Positions 8,911-19,427 of a stretch of DNA of 64,000 nucleotides are shown piece by piece. Source of the DNA: Verrucomicrobiota bacterium (GTDB taxonomy: Bacteria; Verrucomicrobiota; Verrucomicrobiia; Limisphaerales; AAA164-E04); assembly GCA_029247315.1 (NCBI GenBank), contig JAQWLM010000027.1, positions 13,113 to 77,112 on the forward strand, in the 5' to 3' direction. Below the pieces are notes generated by a model that saw only the letters and a list, made by a program, of their open reading frames with translations, was not told the DNA's origin and did not search any database. Within the stretch, counting starts at the first letter, position 1, and every line of letters starts with the position of its first letter. The position numbers and the translations under genes were made by a program.

Positions 8911-10446
8911 TCAACACTGGCCATGTGTTGCTGGTGCTGTTTGGTCCTCCGACTGGCCTACCGCAACACTGATCAGGTTGTGTTCTGTCCATTCGGAGGC
9001 CGGGCGGCTGGCCTTGATTTCTCCGCGATACATTACCCCGATGGTGTCGCAGATGCCAAGCAGCTCCGGGAGGTAGGAACTGACAAAGAGGATCGCCTTG
9101 CCCTGTATGGCCAGTTCACTGATAAGGCTGTAGATCTGGGCCTTGCTTCCGATGTCAATGCCACGAGTGGGTTCATCGAGCAGGAATATCTCCGCATCGT
9201 GGTGGAGAAGGCGTCCAATGGCTATTTTTTGTTGATTACCCCCGGAAAGTTCGCTGATGGATTGGCTCGGGCTGCGGGTTTTGACCTTGAGCTTGTCAAT
9301 CCATTTTTGGGCCGTCTTGAGCTGGATGCTCCGGGGGATGAATCCCATTCGAGCGAAGGCACTGAACCGTGTCAGTGTCAGGTTGTCTGCCAAGTCGCGA
9401 TTCAGTAAGAGGCCTTCCTCCTTGCGATTTTCACTCAGCAACCCGATCCCCTGATCAAGGCGTTGACGTGGAATGGCATGGGTATTTTCTTTTCCATGGA
9501 TGGCAATTCGGCCCGATGCAACCCGATCCAGGCCAAAGCATGCTCGGAGTGTTTCGGTGCGACCTGCTCCGACAAGTCCGGCGATGCCGTATATTTCACC
9601 TTTGCGAAGTTGGATGGTGACGGAGCGCGGTTTTCGCTTGCCGGCCAGTTTATCAAGTTCCAGCAATGGATCGCCTATGGTGTGCTGTCTGCGCGGGTAG
9701 ATGTCACGCATTTCCCGTCCGACCATCATGCGGATGATGTCTTGCAGCTCGACTTGTTTCATGTCGCCTGTTCCCACGGATGCTCCATCGCGTAGCACGG
9801 TAAAGCGGTCACTGATCTGCTGGCATTCCTCAAGAAAGTGACTGATGTAAACCACACTCACTCCTGAGTCCCTGAGCAGGCCGATGACGCGAAAGAGATT
9901 TTGCACATCGACCTGGGTAAGGCTGCTGGTCGGTTCGTCCATGATCAGGACCTTTGGCTGACGGATCAAGGCCCGAGCGATCTCGACAATCTGCTGCTCA
10001 GCAATGCTCAACTCTCTGACGGGTTTATCCAGGGGCAGGGAGGCGTGATCCAGCTTCTCAAGAGCCTCGAGGGCACTGGACCGTTGTTTTTTAGTATCTC
10101 GCCAACCCCACCTGCCAGGTTCATCTCCCAGGGTGATGTTCTCCACGATTGACAGATCAGGCGCCAGGTTAAGTTCCTGGTAGATCATGGCGATTCCGGC
10201 TAAACGGGCATGGTGAGGATTGGATGGTTTAAATGCCTTTCCGTCCAGAAGAATGCGGCCTTCATCGGGTGCATGCACCCCGCTGAGGACTTTCATCAAG
10301 GTGCTTTTACCTGCCCCATTTTCCCCAATCAAGGTGTGAATTTCCGAGGGGCCAACCTCAAAACTGACGCCTCGGAGGGCATGCGTCGCTCCAAATCGTT
10401 TCTGCACGCCGATCATTTCCAGGCGTTTTGGTGCAGCGCGGGTCAT
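8911..10446 (-). CDS. sugar ABC transporter ATP-binding protein (tandem ABC domains, RbsA/MglA-type)
   Basis: Walker A GENGAGKST, signature LSIAEQQ/LSGGNQQK, Walker B LIMDEPT/FLLDEPT, and a second degenerate P-loop GLVGAGRTE. Confidence 0.9.
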   Translation of the reverse strand: MTRAAPKRLEMIGVQKRFGATHALRGVSFEVGPSEIHTLIGENGAGKSTLMKVLSGVHAPDEGRILLDGKAFKPSNPHHARLAGIAMIYQELNLAPDLSIVENITLGDEPGRWGWRDTKKQRSSALEALEKLDHASLPLDKPVRELSIAEQQIVEIARALIRQPKVLIMDEPTSSLTQVDVQNLFRVIGLLRDSGVSVVYISHFLEECQQISDRFTVLRDGASVGTGDMKQVELQDIIRMMVGREMRDIYPRRQHTIGDPLLELDKLAGKRKPRSVTIQLRKGEIYGIAGLVGAGRTETLRACFGLDRVASGRIAIHGKENTHAIPRQRLDQGIGLLSENRKEEGLLLNRDLADNLTLTRFSAFARMGFIPRSIQLKTAQKWIDKLKVKTRSPSQSISELSGGNQQKIAIGRLLHHDAEIFLLDEPTRGIDIGSKAQIYSLISELAIQGKAILFVSSYLPELLGICDTIGVMYRGEIKASRPASEWTEHNLISVAVGQSEDQTAPATHGQC

Positions 10447-10474
10447 GACTGAATGCTACTTTGCAAATCCAGCC

Positions 10475-11488
10475 TTATTTTCCAAGGTATTCCTCGATTG
10501 GCGGGTTGAGCAGTCGCTGTGATTCCTCCTCCTTGAGGTTTTGCGGGGTGATCATGACCACGCCGGTGTCAATGCGTTTTTCAACCGTTTTGCCGTCCAG
10601 ATGTGCCACCAGGTTCATGACCCCTTCATACCCCATGCGCACGGGGTCCTGAACCACCAGTCCTTGGACATCGCCACTTTCCATATCCTTGATGGATTGG
10701 GATCCGGCGTCGAATCCGATCATTTTGACTGCACCTGCTGCACGTCCCATTTCCCGAAGTGCCTTTGTCATGCCAATGGTGGAGTTTTCGTTGACACAAA
10801 AAATGGCATTTACCTCCTTACCAAAACGTTGAAGAAGGTTTTGAGAGGCCTGATAGGCGGTCTCACGGGTTGGGCCCGCATGTTGATCAGATGAAATAAG
10901 TTCGACTCCAGGGCTTTTTTTCAACGCCTCCAGGAATCCCTTTTCGCGGTTTTCCGTGCTTGCGGAACCCACGGCATAGCGGAGCAGGATCACTTTCCCT
11001 TCATTGTTTAATTGATTGGCCATGAAGGTGCCGGCCATTTCTCCACCTTTATAATTATCGGTTGCTACAAAGCTAACATATTTATCGGTATTCAGTCCGG
11101 AGTCGATGATGACCACCGGAATACCCGCCTGCTGGGCGTTTTCCACAGGTCTTACCAGAGCTTGGGCATCCAGAGGTGCAAGGACCATGCCATCCACCCT
11201 GCGCGTGGTGAAGTTCTCTACCAGTTGAATCTGTTGATCACGATCATCTTCCTTGAGTGGGCCTTTCCATATGATCTCGATCGATTTGCCTTGGGCCTGG
11301 AGTTCCTTTTCTGCTTTGCGGGCACCGGCGTGGATGGATCGCCAGAACTCATGTGTGGTTCCCTTTGGGATCACGGCGATCTGGATGGTGTCATCCCTCG
11401 AGGTGCCTTCGGGTCCACATCCTGCCAGCAAAAAGCCACAGAGAGCCAAAAGCGAAAATCTCCATTGAACAGTCATGTTGAGAATCAT
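10475..11488 (-). CDS. sugar ABC transporter substrate-binding lipoprotein (RbsB-like periplasmic binding protein)
   Basis: Lipobox LLAGCG, then a type-I periplasmic binding fold pattern (IAVIPKGTTHEFW...VDGMVLAPLD...IPVVIIDS...GFDAG). An alternative ATG lies at 11476. Confidence 0.85.
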   Translation of the reverse strand: MILNMTVQWRFSLLALCGFLLAGCGPEGTSRDDTIQIAVIPKGTTHEFWRSIHAGARKAEKELQAQGKSIEIIWKGPLKEDDRDQQIQLVENFTTRRVDGMVLAPLDAQALVRPVENAQQAGIPVVIIDSGLNTDKYVSFVATDNYKGGEMAGTFMANQLNNEGKVILLRYAVGSASTENREKGFLEALKKSPGVELISSDQHAGPTRETAYQASQNLLQRFGKEVNAIFCVNENSTIGMTKALREMGRAAGAVKMIGFDAGSQSIKDMESGDVQGLVVQDPVRMGYEGVMNLVAHLDGKTVEKRIDTGVVMITPQNLKEEESQRLLNPPIEEYLGK

Positions 11489-11551
11489 AGTTGGCTCTGC
11501 ACAGAATTCAATGAATTTGACATGCCTTGCAGTCTTCGGCAGGACTCATGT

Positions 11552-13027
11552 TTATTGGCCAGGCACATCCAGGTTTTTGAAGGGATACACCTTTGAAGGC
11601 CTGCGTGCTTCACTCATGAGTTTTTCCATTTCAGTGACCACCGCAGGATAAAGTGAGGCCACATTCTTGGATTCTGATGGATCCGTTTGGAGATCATAGA
11701 GTTCAGTGTGGAGGCCTGTCTTGAATATTTTCTGGCGAACGGTTTTCCAGCGTCCCATGCGCAAGGCCTGTTGTCCTCCGTAGGATGGAAATTCCCAGTA
11801 GAGGTAGGCATGTGATTTTCGAGGGCCTTTACCCAAAAGCCAAGGGGTGAGATCGATGCCATCGATACCCTTGGGCATGTTTTCCGCGTTGCCCGTCATG
11901 TTCAGGATAGTCGGCATCAGATCCCAGAAGGCGGCGGGTTCCTCGAGGATGCTTCCGGCAGGGATTTTCCCGGGCCAACTGGCGACCATGGGCACGCGGA
12001 TGCCACCCTCGTAAACGCTGCCCTTGAGCCCCTTGAAAGGACCGGCTGACTTGAAGTAGTCCGAGTCACTTCCGCCGAGTCGCTTGTATGTGGGGCCGTT
12101 GTCGGAGGTGAAGATGACCAGTGTGTCTTTTTCAAGGCCCAATGCCCTGATCTTTTTCATGATCAGACCGACTCCTTGGTCGAGATAGGTGACCATGGCT
12201 GCATACCCGGCGCGCGGGGTGGGATGTTTCAGGTAGCCACGGTGTTCATACGTTTCCTCCTGGATCGTGGTGGTGTAAGCGTCGACCGCTGTCTGCGGGG
12301 CCTGAATGGAAAGGTGAGGGATGGTAAATGGCATGAACAGGAAGAACGGGTCCTCCTGATGCTTGTCAATGAATCCAATGGCTTCTTCGATGAACCGGTC
12401 CTGTGAAAATGTTTCACCATGGAGTGTGCGATCGTTGCCGAGGAGCTGTTCCTTTTGGTCATTGCGCCACAGGAATCTTGGGTAATGATTGTGCGCATGC
12501 ACCTGGCAGTTGAAACCGTAAAACAGGTCGAAGCCCTGTTGGTTCGGATCACCACTGGTCCCAAAATGCCCTAGCCCCCATTTACCCATGGCCCCAGTGG
12601 CATATCCCTTGGATTTAAGGGCTTCTGCCAGAGTAATCTCTTCTGGTGGAATGGGGTATTGGCCGGGAAATTCCCAGCCGACCTTCTGTTTGATATGGTC
12701 AAGTCCCTTTGGGTTTTTATTGTCCCGTATGAAGGCATGTCCGCTGTGTTTACCTGTCAAGAGCATGCCACGTGAAGGGGCGCACACAGGTGATCCAGCG
12801 TAAAAATGGGTCATGCGGATGCCTTGCGCGGCCAGGGAGTCAATATGGGGTGTTTTGATGATGTTCTGTCCGTAGCATCCCAATTCCTGATAGCCGAGAT
12901 CATCAGCGAGAAAAACAATGACATTGGCCTGGCGGGCTGATTCCTGTCCCTGCAATCCGCCCCATCCAGCGATCACAGCGCTGAGTGAGGTGAGGGCTTT
13001 CCAACAAGCAAAACGAACACAGTGCAT
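11552..13027 (-). CDS. S1-family sulfatase (arylsulfatase-like), secreted
   Basis: [12 protein letters not shown] plus the [11 protein letters not shown] formylglycine motif (C-x-P-x-R), GKWGLGH and FTSDNGP. The track start at 13036 is GTG; the ATG at 13025-13027 gives a signal-peptide-like N-terminus. Confidence 0.85.
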   Translation of the reverse strand: MHCVRFACWKALTSLSAVIAGWGGLQGQESARQANVIVFLADDLGYQELGCYGQNIIKTPHIDSLAAQGIRMTHFYAGSPVCAPSRGMLLTGKHSGHAFIRDNKNPKGLDHIKQKVGWEFPGQYPIPPEEITLAEALKSKGYATGAMGKWGLGHFGTSGDPNQQGFDLFYGFNCQVHAHNHYPRFLWRNDQKEQLLGNDRTLHGETFSQDRFIEEAIGFIDKHQEDPFFLFMPFTIPHLSIQAPQTAVDAYTTTIQEETYEHRGYLKHPTPRAGYAAMVTYLDQGVGLIMKKIRALGLEKDTLVIFTSDNGPTYKRLGGSDSDYFKSAGPFKGLKGSVYEGGIRVPMVASWPGKIPAGSILEEPAAFWDLMPTILNMTGNAENMPKGIDGIDLTPWLLGKGPRKSHAYLYWEFPSYGGQQALRMGRWKTVRQKIFKTGLHTELYDLQTDPSESKNVASLYPAVVTEMEKLMSEARRPSKVYPFKNLDVPGQ

Positions 13028-13143
13028 GAGGATCACCCTAACGAGTCATCTCAAAATAACCAACCTATTTGAGAAGACACTGTTTCCCTTGATAGGTGTT
13101 TCGACGGCGTTCAGTGTTGGTCAGGACACTCCTGTCGTTACGC

Positions 13144-14223
13144 TCAAGGAGCCTCTTGAATCTGTCGGGTGATTTCAAGTGCCAGATCCAGTGCCTCCTT
13201 GGCGGAGGCTCCACTGACGGCGGGTTCGCGTTTGGCCTGGACGCACTCGATGAAGTGGCGCAGTTCCATTTTCAGCGGTTCTTCCTTGTTGATGGGCACG
13301 GGCTCTCGGACAATTTTTTTTCCTGCAAACTCACTGACCACCTTGAAATCCTTCTTCTTGGACGCAAGTAACTGGGTCCAGAAACTCGAAGGTGTTGCTT
13401 CCTCACTGGCAATACGATAAATGAACCCTTCCTGTGCCCTGTAGTCCAGTGAGATGTAGCTTGCTTGCTTGCCTCCGCTGAAGACCCTGATTTTTCGTAA
13501 TCGTTCCGGGCTGATTCTACTGGCTGTGAGGTTGGCCACACAGCCGTTTTCAAAGGTCAATCTGGCATTGGCAATATCCTCTGACTTGCTTAGAACGGAA
13601 ACGCCTGCGGAGTCCACGCGCACCACGGGTGAGCGCACGAATGCAAGGACCACATCCAGGTCGTGGATCATGAGATCCAGGACGACGCCGATGTCGGTGC
13701 TGCGGGCTGGGTAGGGAGAAAGTCGGTGCGCTTCGATAAACTTGGGTTCCTTTGCGGAGGCGTTCAAGTAGTTGAAAACGGGATTGAACCGTTCCACGTG
13801 GCCGATCTGAAGGGCGCAGTCATGGCGGTGTGCCAGTTGGACCAGTTGCTCAGCTTCTGTCGTATTGTCGGTCATGGGTTTCTCCACCAGCAGATGTTTC
13901 CCCAGGCTAAGCAGTTGGCTAGCGATGGCAAAATGAGTGGTGGTAGGCGTCACGACACTTAATGCGGTGGCTTTCTCCGCGGCTTCCTCCATGGATTCAA
14001 GCAGAGGAATACGATGGCGCTTGGCAACGGCCTCTGCGGTCGTCCTGTCATGGTCATGTACACCGACACATTCGATCAAGCCTTCCCGATGCATTTCCGC
14101 ATAGAGGCGCGCATGTTCTTTACCAAGAGCGCCCGTTCCAATCACAGCTACCTTGATCATCGGATCCATCTCCTGGAGTCTAGGCCATGCCACATTCGGG
14201 TTGCGAAACAAATCACCAGTCAT
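13144..14223 (-). CDS. Gfo/Idh/MocA family oxidoreductase (cytoplasmic type)
   Basis: Rossmann motif KVAVIGTGALGKEH, plus LLVEKPM and IGHVERFNP. The true start may be an internal ATG at 14169 or 14160 (MIKVAVIG). Confidence 0.8.
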   Translation of the reverse strand: MTGDLFRNPNVAWPRLQEMDPMIKVAVIGTGALGKEHARLYAEMHREGLIECVGVHDHDRTTAEAVAKRHRIPLLESMEEAAEKATALSVVTPTTTHFAIASQLLSLGKHLLVEKPMTDNTTEAEQLVQLAHRHDCALQIGHVERFNPVFNYLNASAKEPKFIEAHRLSPYPARSTDIGVVLDLMIHDLDVVLAFVRSPVVRVDSAGVSVLSKSEDIANARLTFENGCVANLTASRISPERLRKIRVFSGGKQASYISLDYRAQEGFIYRIASEEATPSSFWTQLLASKKKDFKVVSEFAGKKIVREPVPINKEEPLKMELRHFIECVQAKREPAVSGASAKEALDLALEITRQIQEAP

Positions 14224-14369
14224 CTTTCGTTTGGTGTGTGCCCCATGCAGGAGGTTCCCCCGGTGACGCAGTTACCCATTGACACCCTTTGCAGTAGGGG
14301 TTTCACAGACAGGGCAAAACTGCAGCATGGCAGCATTGTGCATTTCCAGTCTTCACAGGGGGGCAGGGG

Positions 14370-15185
14370 CTAGAGGAAAGCCGTTTGTTCCTTTCCTCGG
14401 GAGAAGTATTGCAGCCGGTCAAATCCTTTTTCCTTCAACATCGGAATCACCTTGTCGAAGTGTTGTCCCACGCGCCCTGGCTGATGCGCATCTGATCCAA
14501 GCGTCAGCTTTACCTGTTCTTCCTTTGCCCAGTCCAGAATCAAGGGATCAGGATGCACCTCGAACACTCCTTTTGAGAGACCACTGGTGTTTACTTCCAT
14601 GCAGGTTCCACTGGAGGCGCAGGTTTGCAGGAATGTCCTTATTTCCTCCTCGAAAAGACTTGGGATAAAGGCATCTGAGTCGATCGTGCCGTAGATACGA
14701 ATGACATCCGGGTGTGACATGCTATGGTAATTACCTGAGCGTGCTGCATCAGTCAAATGGCTGAAATAATCGCGAATGATAGATGCGTCACTCTCCAATC
14801 GCTGCTCAATCAACCACGTTTTGTAACTGCTCAGCTGGTGGTGCAGGGAGCCAAGCACAAAATCAAATGGCTCATTGCGCATGAGTTCCTTCATTTCAGT
14901 CAGTTCCTCTGTCATGGGAGAAACTTCCGCCTCGATGCCGCACAGCACCTCCACCCCCAGTGTCTCACCCAGTTGCCTGGCTTCGTTCACCCATGTGTAG
15001 TAGGTGGTGAGTTGATCGGCATGCATGCGAATGCGAGGTCCGCCGAAGGATGCCTGGGACATGGGGATGTGGCAGGTAAAGGTGACCAGGTCCAGGCCCA
15101 CTGAAGCGGCATGGTTCACGTAATCCACGGGTTTCCCCACGGCATGGCCACACAGGGGAGTGTGCATGTGACAGTCAATCTTCAT
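14370..15185 (-). CDS. PHP-domain phosphoesterase (HisJ-family histidinol-phosphatase-like)
   Basis: MKIDCHMHTPLCGHA, later GSLHH and LGSDAH metal-ligand motifs. The track start at 15278 is GTG; the ATG at 15183-15185 gives the canonical N-terminus. Confidence 0.75.
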   Translation of the reverse strand: MKIDCHMHTPLCGHAVGKPVDYVNHAASVGLDLVTFTCHIPMSQASFGGPRIRMHADQLTTYYTWVNEARQLGETLGVEVLCGIEAEVSPMTEELTEMKELMRNEPFDFVLGSLHHQLSSYKTWLIEQRLESDASIIRDYFSHLTDAARSGNYHSMSHPDVIRIYGTIDSDAFIPSLFEEEIRTFLQTCASSGTCMEVNTSGLSKGVFEVHPDPLILDWAKEEQVKLTLGSDAHQPGRVGQHFDKVIPMLKEKGFDRLQYFSRGKEQTAFL

Positions 15186-15280
15186 CTGGGAATCCTGAGG
15201 CGGAGAGATGTAACAGGGGCGATCGATGACAAGGTGCCTTTGGTCGGTTGCCGTGGAAGGCTCCCTTTCCTCGTTCACGA

Positions 15281-16381
15281 TCAGCGGACCACCCGCGCTC
15301 CACCGCCTCCCATGATTTTTTCAACCTCCTTGAGGGTTGCCATGGATGTATCACCGGGTGTGGTCATGGCAAGGGCACCGTGTGCCGCCCCATAATCAAC
15401 CGCCTCGGAAGCCTTGCCGGTGGCAAGGAATCCGTAGATCAGCCCTGAGGCAAAGCTGTCCCCACCCCCGACACGATCCAGGATTTCAAGGTCGGCGTAT
15501 TTCCTGGACTCATGGAATGTTCCATCTGCCCAGCAGATGGCGCTCCAGTCATTGACGGTGGCCGTTTTTACGGCACGCAAGGTCGTGGCGGTGACCTTGA
15601 AATTGGGGAAATCCCTCACAGCACGTTCGATCATCTTTTTGAAGCTGTCGATCTGGATCGACGAAATGTTCTCGTCAACACCCTCCACTTCAAAGCCCAG
15701 GCATGCGGTGAAATCCTCCTCGTTGCCAATCATCACGTCGACGTAACGGGCGATGTCACGGTTGACTTCCTGGGCCTTGGCGTGTCCACCAATAGCTTTC
15801 CAGAGCGAGGGTCGGTAGTTCAAGTCATAGGAGACAATGGTGCCGTGCTTTTGCGCCGCCTTGACTGCCTCCACGACCACATCGGCACTTGACTCGGAGA
15901 GTGCCGCGAAGATGCCTCCTGTGTGAAACCAGCGCACACCCTGATTGCCAAAAAGGTCTTCCCAGTCGATGTCACCTGCCTTCATCTGGGAAGCGGCTGT
16001 GAGGCCACGATCGGGCGTACCAACGGCACCGCGTATACCAAAGCCCCGCTCCGTGAAGTTCAGGCCATTGCGGACACTTCGACCAATCCCATCATAGGGT
16101 GTCCACTGGATCCATGAAGTGTCCACGCCTCCCTGAAGGATGAAATCCTCCAGGAGCCTCCCGATCTCGTTGTCGGCAAAAGCGGTGACCACACCGGTTT
16201 GCAGTCCGAAGCAGCGTCGTAAACCGCGTGCGACGTTGTATTCACCCCCACCTTCCCATACGGTGAACTGTCGGGCGGTTCGGACTCTGCTCTCGCCCGG
16301 GTCAAGTCGAAGCATGATTTCCCCAAGTGAAACAAGGTCATATTTGCACGATGCTGCTGATTTGATTTGCAATGCTGCCAT
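15281..16381 (-). CDS. PfkB-family sugar kinase (2-keto-3-deoxygluconate-kinase-like, long form)
   Basis: GGGEYNVARGL N-terminal motif and C-terminal VGGGDSFASGLIYG (PfkB signature 2). Confidence 0.8.
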   Translation of the reverse strand: MAALQIKSAASCKYDLVSLGEIMLRLDPGESRVRTARQFTVWEGGGEYNVARGLRRCFGLQTGVVTAFADNEIGRLLEDFILQGGVDTSWIQWTPYDGIGRSVRNGLNFTERGFGIRGAVGTPDRGLTAASQMKAGDIDWEDLFGNQGVRWFHTGGIFAALSESSADVVVEAVKAAQKHGTIVSYDLNYRPSLWKAIGGHAKAQEVNRDIARYVDVMIGNEEDFTACLGFEVEGVDENISSIQIDSFKKMIERAVRDFPNFKVTATTLRAVKTATVNDWSAICWADGTFHESRKYADLEILDRVGGGDSFASGLIYGFLATGKASEAVDYGAAHGALAMTTPGDTSMATLKEVEKIMGGGGARVVR

Positions 16382-16636
16382 AAACTATTTGCTTATTAAA
16401 ACTCCCCAGAAACAGGTCATGCATTATGGAAGTTCCTCCGACAATTCAAAGCATTTTTCGCGAGGAGTTCAGGCTTCCGCCTGAATATCTACCCGATGGT
16501 TTAACGGGTTTCAGATGAGTTTTTGAGGCATTTGCCGCACGCAAGATCTCGATTCCTGTCGGCCGGCAGGGCTATCATGAAGCTGTTTCAGCGGTAATAT
16601 TTTGAGGTTTTTGCGCCTCATGAGTGGTTTTTTCCA

Positions 16637-19417
16637 TCATTGGTGACGCACATTAAGGAGGACGGGTCGTGAGCTCTGGCCTCCGTCCTCGGTGGTCCGT
16701 ATGTGGAACATACGGCTCGTTTCAGCTACCCACTGTGCGGCAGTGATCGAAAAAGTCCTCTCGGTTTGCCCCTCAACAATCATCAATCCATTCAGGCCAA
16801 TGTTATCGACATAGAGTCCGTGTGGCAGGTTGCGGCCTGCATCCTCGCCACCGAATGGAATGCGACCATCAAAGTCCTTTCGTTGAACGCGCACGCGTGC
16901 CGAGATGGTTTGACCCGGATGAATGATTAACTCCAGCGGTCCATTGTCTGTCCTGGTTTCATCCGTAGCCAGCACATCCACTTGAATTTTGGCTGGAGGG
17001 CCCACCTTAACCTCCCTGTCCATGCCAAGTGCCTGCTCGACCGTTTTTCCTCGTATTGAGGCTGAGGCCTTCAGTCCAATGGGGCCACCCGTTGCTTCCT
17101 TATCCCCGGTCAGGAACACATTACCTGCTGCCATGTGTTGCTCTGCTTGGATGACGATGGGCGTGGAAACAAGAAATCCATTGGGTACATGCGTGGAATC
17201 AATTCGAACGGGCCCTTGGTAATCATCCAGTCGATCCACCTTCAATAGAAATTCACGTCCACTGTTCGGGCTGATCTCGCTCTTCCAGCCCTCAACGCGG
17301 ATCTTGAATCCCGGTTCACGTGGTCGCAGGGTTAACGTGTAGTGGAGCTGTGGTCCATTAAACTGGCGGACATCATTCAGCTTAATGATGTAATTACCGG
17401 TTTTTGGAACACGGAAGATCAGTTTGGAATCCTTGCCCAATCCTCGATCAGGATCGTCATCATTTTGATAAAAGACCTCAAATAGGGGTAGGCCATTGGG
17501 CTTGATGCTTGCGCCTGTTGCCAAGGGTTTCACGATGTAGCATGGTTCACCCAGAGGATGGGTAATGGCACTGGTTCCAAAGTATGTCTTTCGTTTGCCA
17601 AAGCCCGGGTAGACAAGAAATCCTGAATCCGGTCCCCGTGGATAGAGCCAGAGTCTTACAACCTCCCCATTGGCATAGAGGTATTCGTTCAACTCCATTT
17701 CCCGCCAGTTGTGCAGACGGAAATCCCCGGAAGTGAAGGAATCCTTGCCACGGAAAGTCAACCATGAATCACGCACGGCCTGCAGACGAACGCGCTGGAC
17801 AGGAGATCCTCCCGCATCCAGGATCGCAATGTGGGAATCCAATGGCGATGCGGACCGATCAGCGTTGATTTCCACAACCCATTCCTGGCTCGCCTCGGCG
17901 TGAAACCTGAAGAATGCCGCTCCCGTTGATTGTGTCAGCCTGCCTTTGACCACTGACGGGGCGGGAATGTCCTGCGCGGTTTCCCAGTCCAGGTTCGAAC
18001 TGGCAGATGTAATTTCTTGCAAGGTGCTTTGCTTCGAGGCACTGGTCTCTTGTGGGGGCAGCACTTTGGGTAGGCGTGTCTTGGCTAAGTTGTCCTGATT
18101 TTTTTTGCTACTTGGCAAGCGATGCCAAAGTGCGAGGCTATTCATTAAATGTGCCACAAACTTCTGCTCGCTCGGGTGGAGGGATAGGTCAAGAGCCACG
18201 TCGGGAGTCGATTCCCAGGCGCGCTCCTGGATCAGTGTTGGAAGCGACCATACTTTAATGGAACGATCCATAGAGGATGTTATCAATTGTTTCCCGTCAG
18301 GGGTAATCTGCATGGCAACAATTTGCCCTTCGTGGCCGAAACGGGTCCGTAGCAAGGGGTGAATGGTGGGCTCGGTTCTCTCCGCACTTCCCCACATGCG
18401 AATGCGTCGATCCGAGCCCGCTCCGAGGATGTATTTCCCGTCGGGTGTGAAGGCAACCCTGTTTTGATCTCCCTCGGGTTGATTCAGTGTGCCGACGCGC
18501 ATGCCGTCCCTCAGTCTCCACAGCTTGAGGGTCTGGTCGGCGCTGGCACTTGCCAGTAACTTGCCTTGGGGATGAAACGCAAGGTCGAAAATTGCCCCGT
18601 AATGGCCCTTGATCGTTCTTGTAACCGCTCCGGATTGGATGTCCCAGATCCGGATGGTGCGATCATAGCCTGCGGTAGCAAGGGTTTTTCCATCGGGAGA
18701 TATTTCAGCATCATACAAAAGGTCGGTATGCCCTCCCGACATGCGTTGTATGCGGTTGCCGTTTCTAAGGTTCCATATGGAGGCCTCCCCTCGCAAGCCG
18801 GTGACGCCAGATGCAACGGACACTTGGTCCCCATGAATATGAACTGCGCTCACCTTGCCGGGAACATCCAAAGTGCTCCAGACCTCTTTTTCATCCGGGA
18901 GGGTTTGCACGGTGAGAAACCCAAAACCTCCTCGGACAATCCATCGACCATCCTGCGAGATCTCTGAGGCGGTGATGATGGGTTGAACTTCCGTCTTTCC
19001 TTCATAGGCAGGAAGCAGGAGTGTTCTCAGGATGGAGGTGTCCTCGGCTTCTACAGGTCCATGGGCTCCTGCTTGAATCCAATCTATCAGTGTGGTGATA
19101 TGGCCCGGGTCAAGCTGGGGTTCTTTCCTGGGGGGCATTTTCGGTTTTGATTTCCCTGTCAGGACCTGGATGAGAAAGCTGTTGTCTGCTTGGCCCGGGA
19201 CAACCATGGTTGCCCCGGTTTCGCCTCCCTCCTTCAGTGCCTGAAATGTCTCAAGCGAGAAGTCGCCCTCCATCTCTTCATGGTTATGGCAACCTGCACA
19301 ATAATCGCGAATAATTGGCACCACATCGCGTTCGTAGGAAACATCACCAAGCGCCATGTCCTGCGGATGCAGGAAACAACAGATCAGGATACCCATATGG
19401 TGTTTGAACCTGTACAT
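16637..19417 (-). CDS. planctomycete-type cytochrome c domain (PSCyt1) + WD40 repeat protein with large C-terminal beta-rich region
   Basis: N-terminal RDYCAGCHNHEEMEGDFSL (CxxCH) and IDWIQAGA. Several WD40 units are present (TAGYDRTIRIWD, SASADQTLKLWR, SSMDRSIKVWS). The roughly 450-aa C-terminal region is unassigned. Confidence 0.8.
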   Translation of the reverse strand: MYRFKHHMGILICCFLHPQDMALGDVSYERDVVPIIRDYCAGCHNHEEMEGDFSLETFQALKEGGETGATMVVPGQADNSFLIQVLTGKSKPKMPPRKEPQLDPGHITTLIDWIQAGAHGPVEAEDTSILRTLLLPAYEGKTEVQPIITASEISQDGRWIVRGGFGFLTVQTLPDEKEVWSTLDVPGKVSAVHIHGDQVSVASGVTGLRGEASIWNLRNGNRIQRMSGGHTDLLYDAEISPDGKTLATAGYDRTIRIWDIQSGAVTRTIKGHYGAIFDLAFHPQGKLLASASADQTLKLWRLRDGMRVGTLNQPEGDQNRVAFTPDGKYILGAGSDRRIRMWGSAERTEPTIHPLLRTRFGHEGQIVAMQITPDGKQLITSSMDRSIKVWSLPTLIQERAWESTPDVALDLSLHPSEQKFVAHLMNSLALWHRLPSSKKNQDNLAKTRLPKVLPPQETSASKQSTLQEITSASSNLDWETAQDIPAPSVVKGRLTQSTGAAFFRFHAEASQEWVVEINADRSASPLDSHIAILDAGGSPVQRVRLQAVRDSWLTFRGKDSFTSGDFRLHNWREMELNEYLYANGEVVRLWLYPRGPDSGFLVYPGFGKRKTYFGTSAITHPLGEPCYIVKPLATGASIKPNGLPLFEVFYQNDDDPDRGLGKDSKLIFRVPKTGNYIIKLNDVRQFNGPQLHYTLTLRPREPGFKIRVEGWKSEISPNSGREFLLKVDRLDDYQGPVRIDSTHVPNGFLVSTPIVIQAEQHMAAGNVFLTGDKEATGGPIGLKASASIRGKTVEQALGMDREVKVGPPAKIQVDVLATDETRTDNGPLELIIHPGQTISARVRVQRKDFDGRIPFGGEDAGRNLPHGLYVDNIGLNGLMIVEGQTERTFSITAAQWVAETSRMFHIRTTEDGGQSSRPVLLNVRHQ

Positions 19418-19427
19418 AAGAGGCTGG

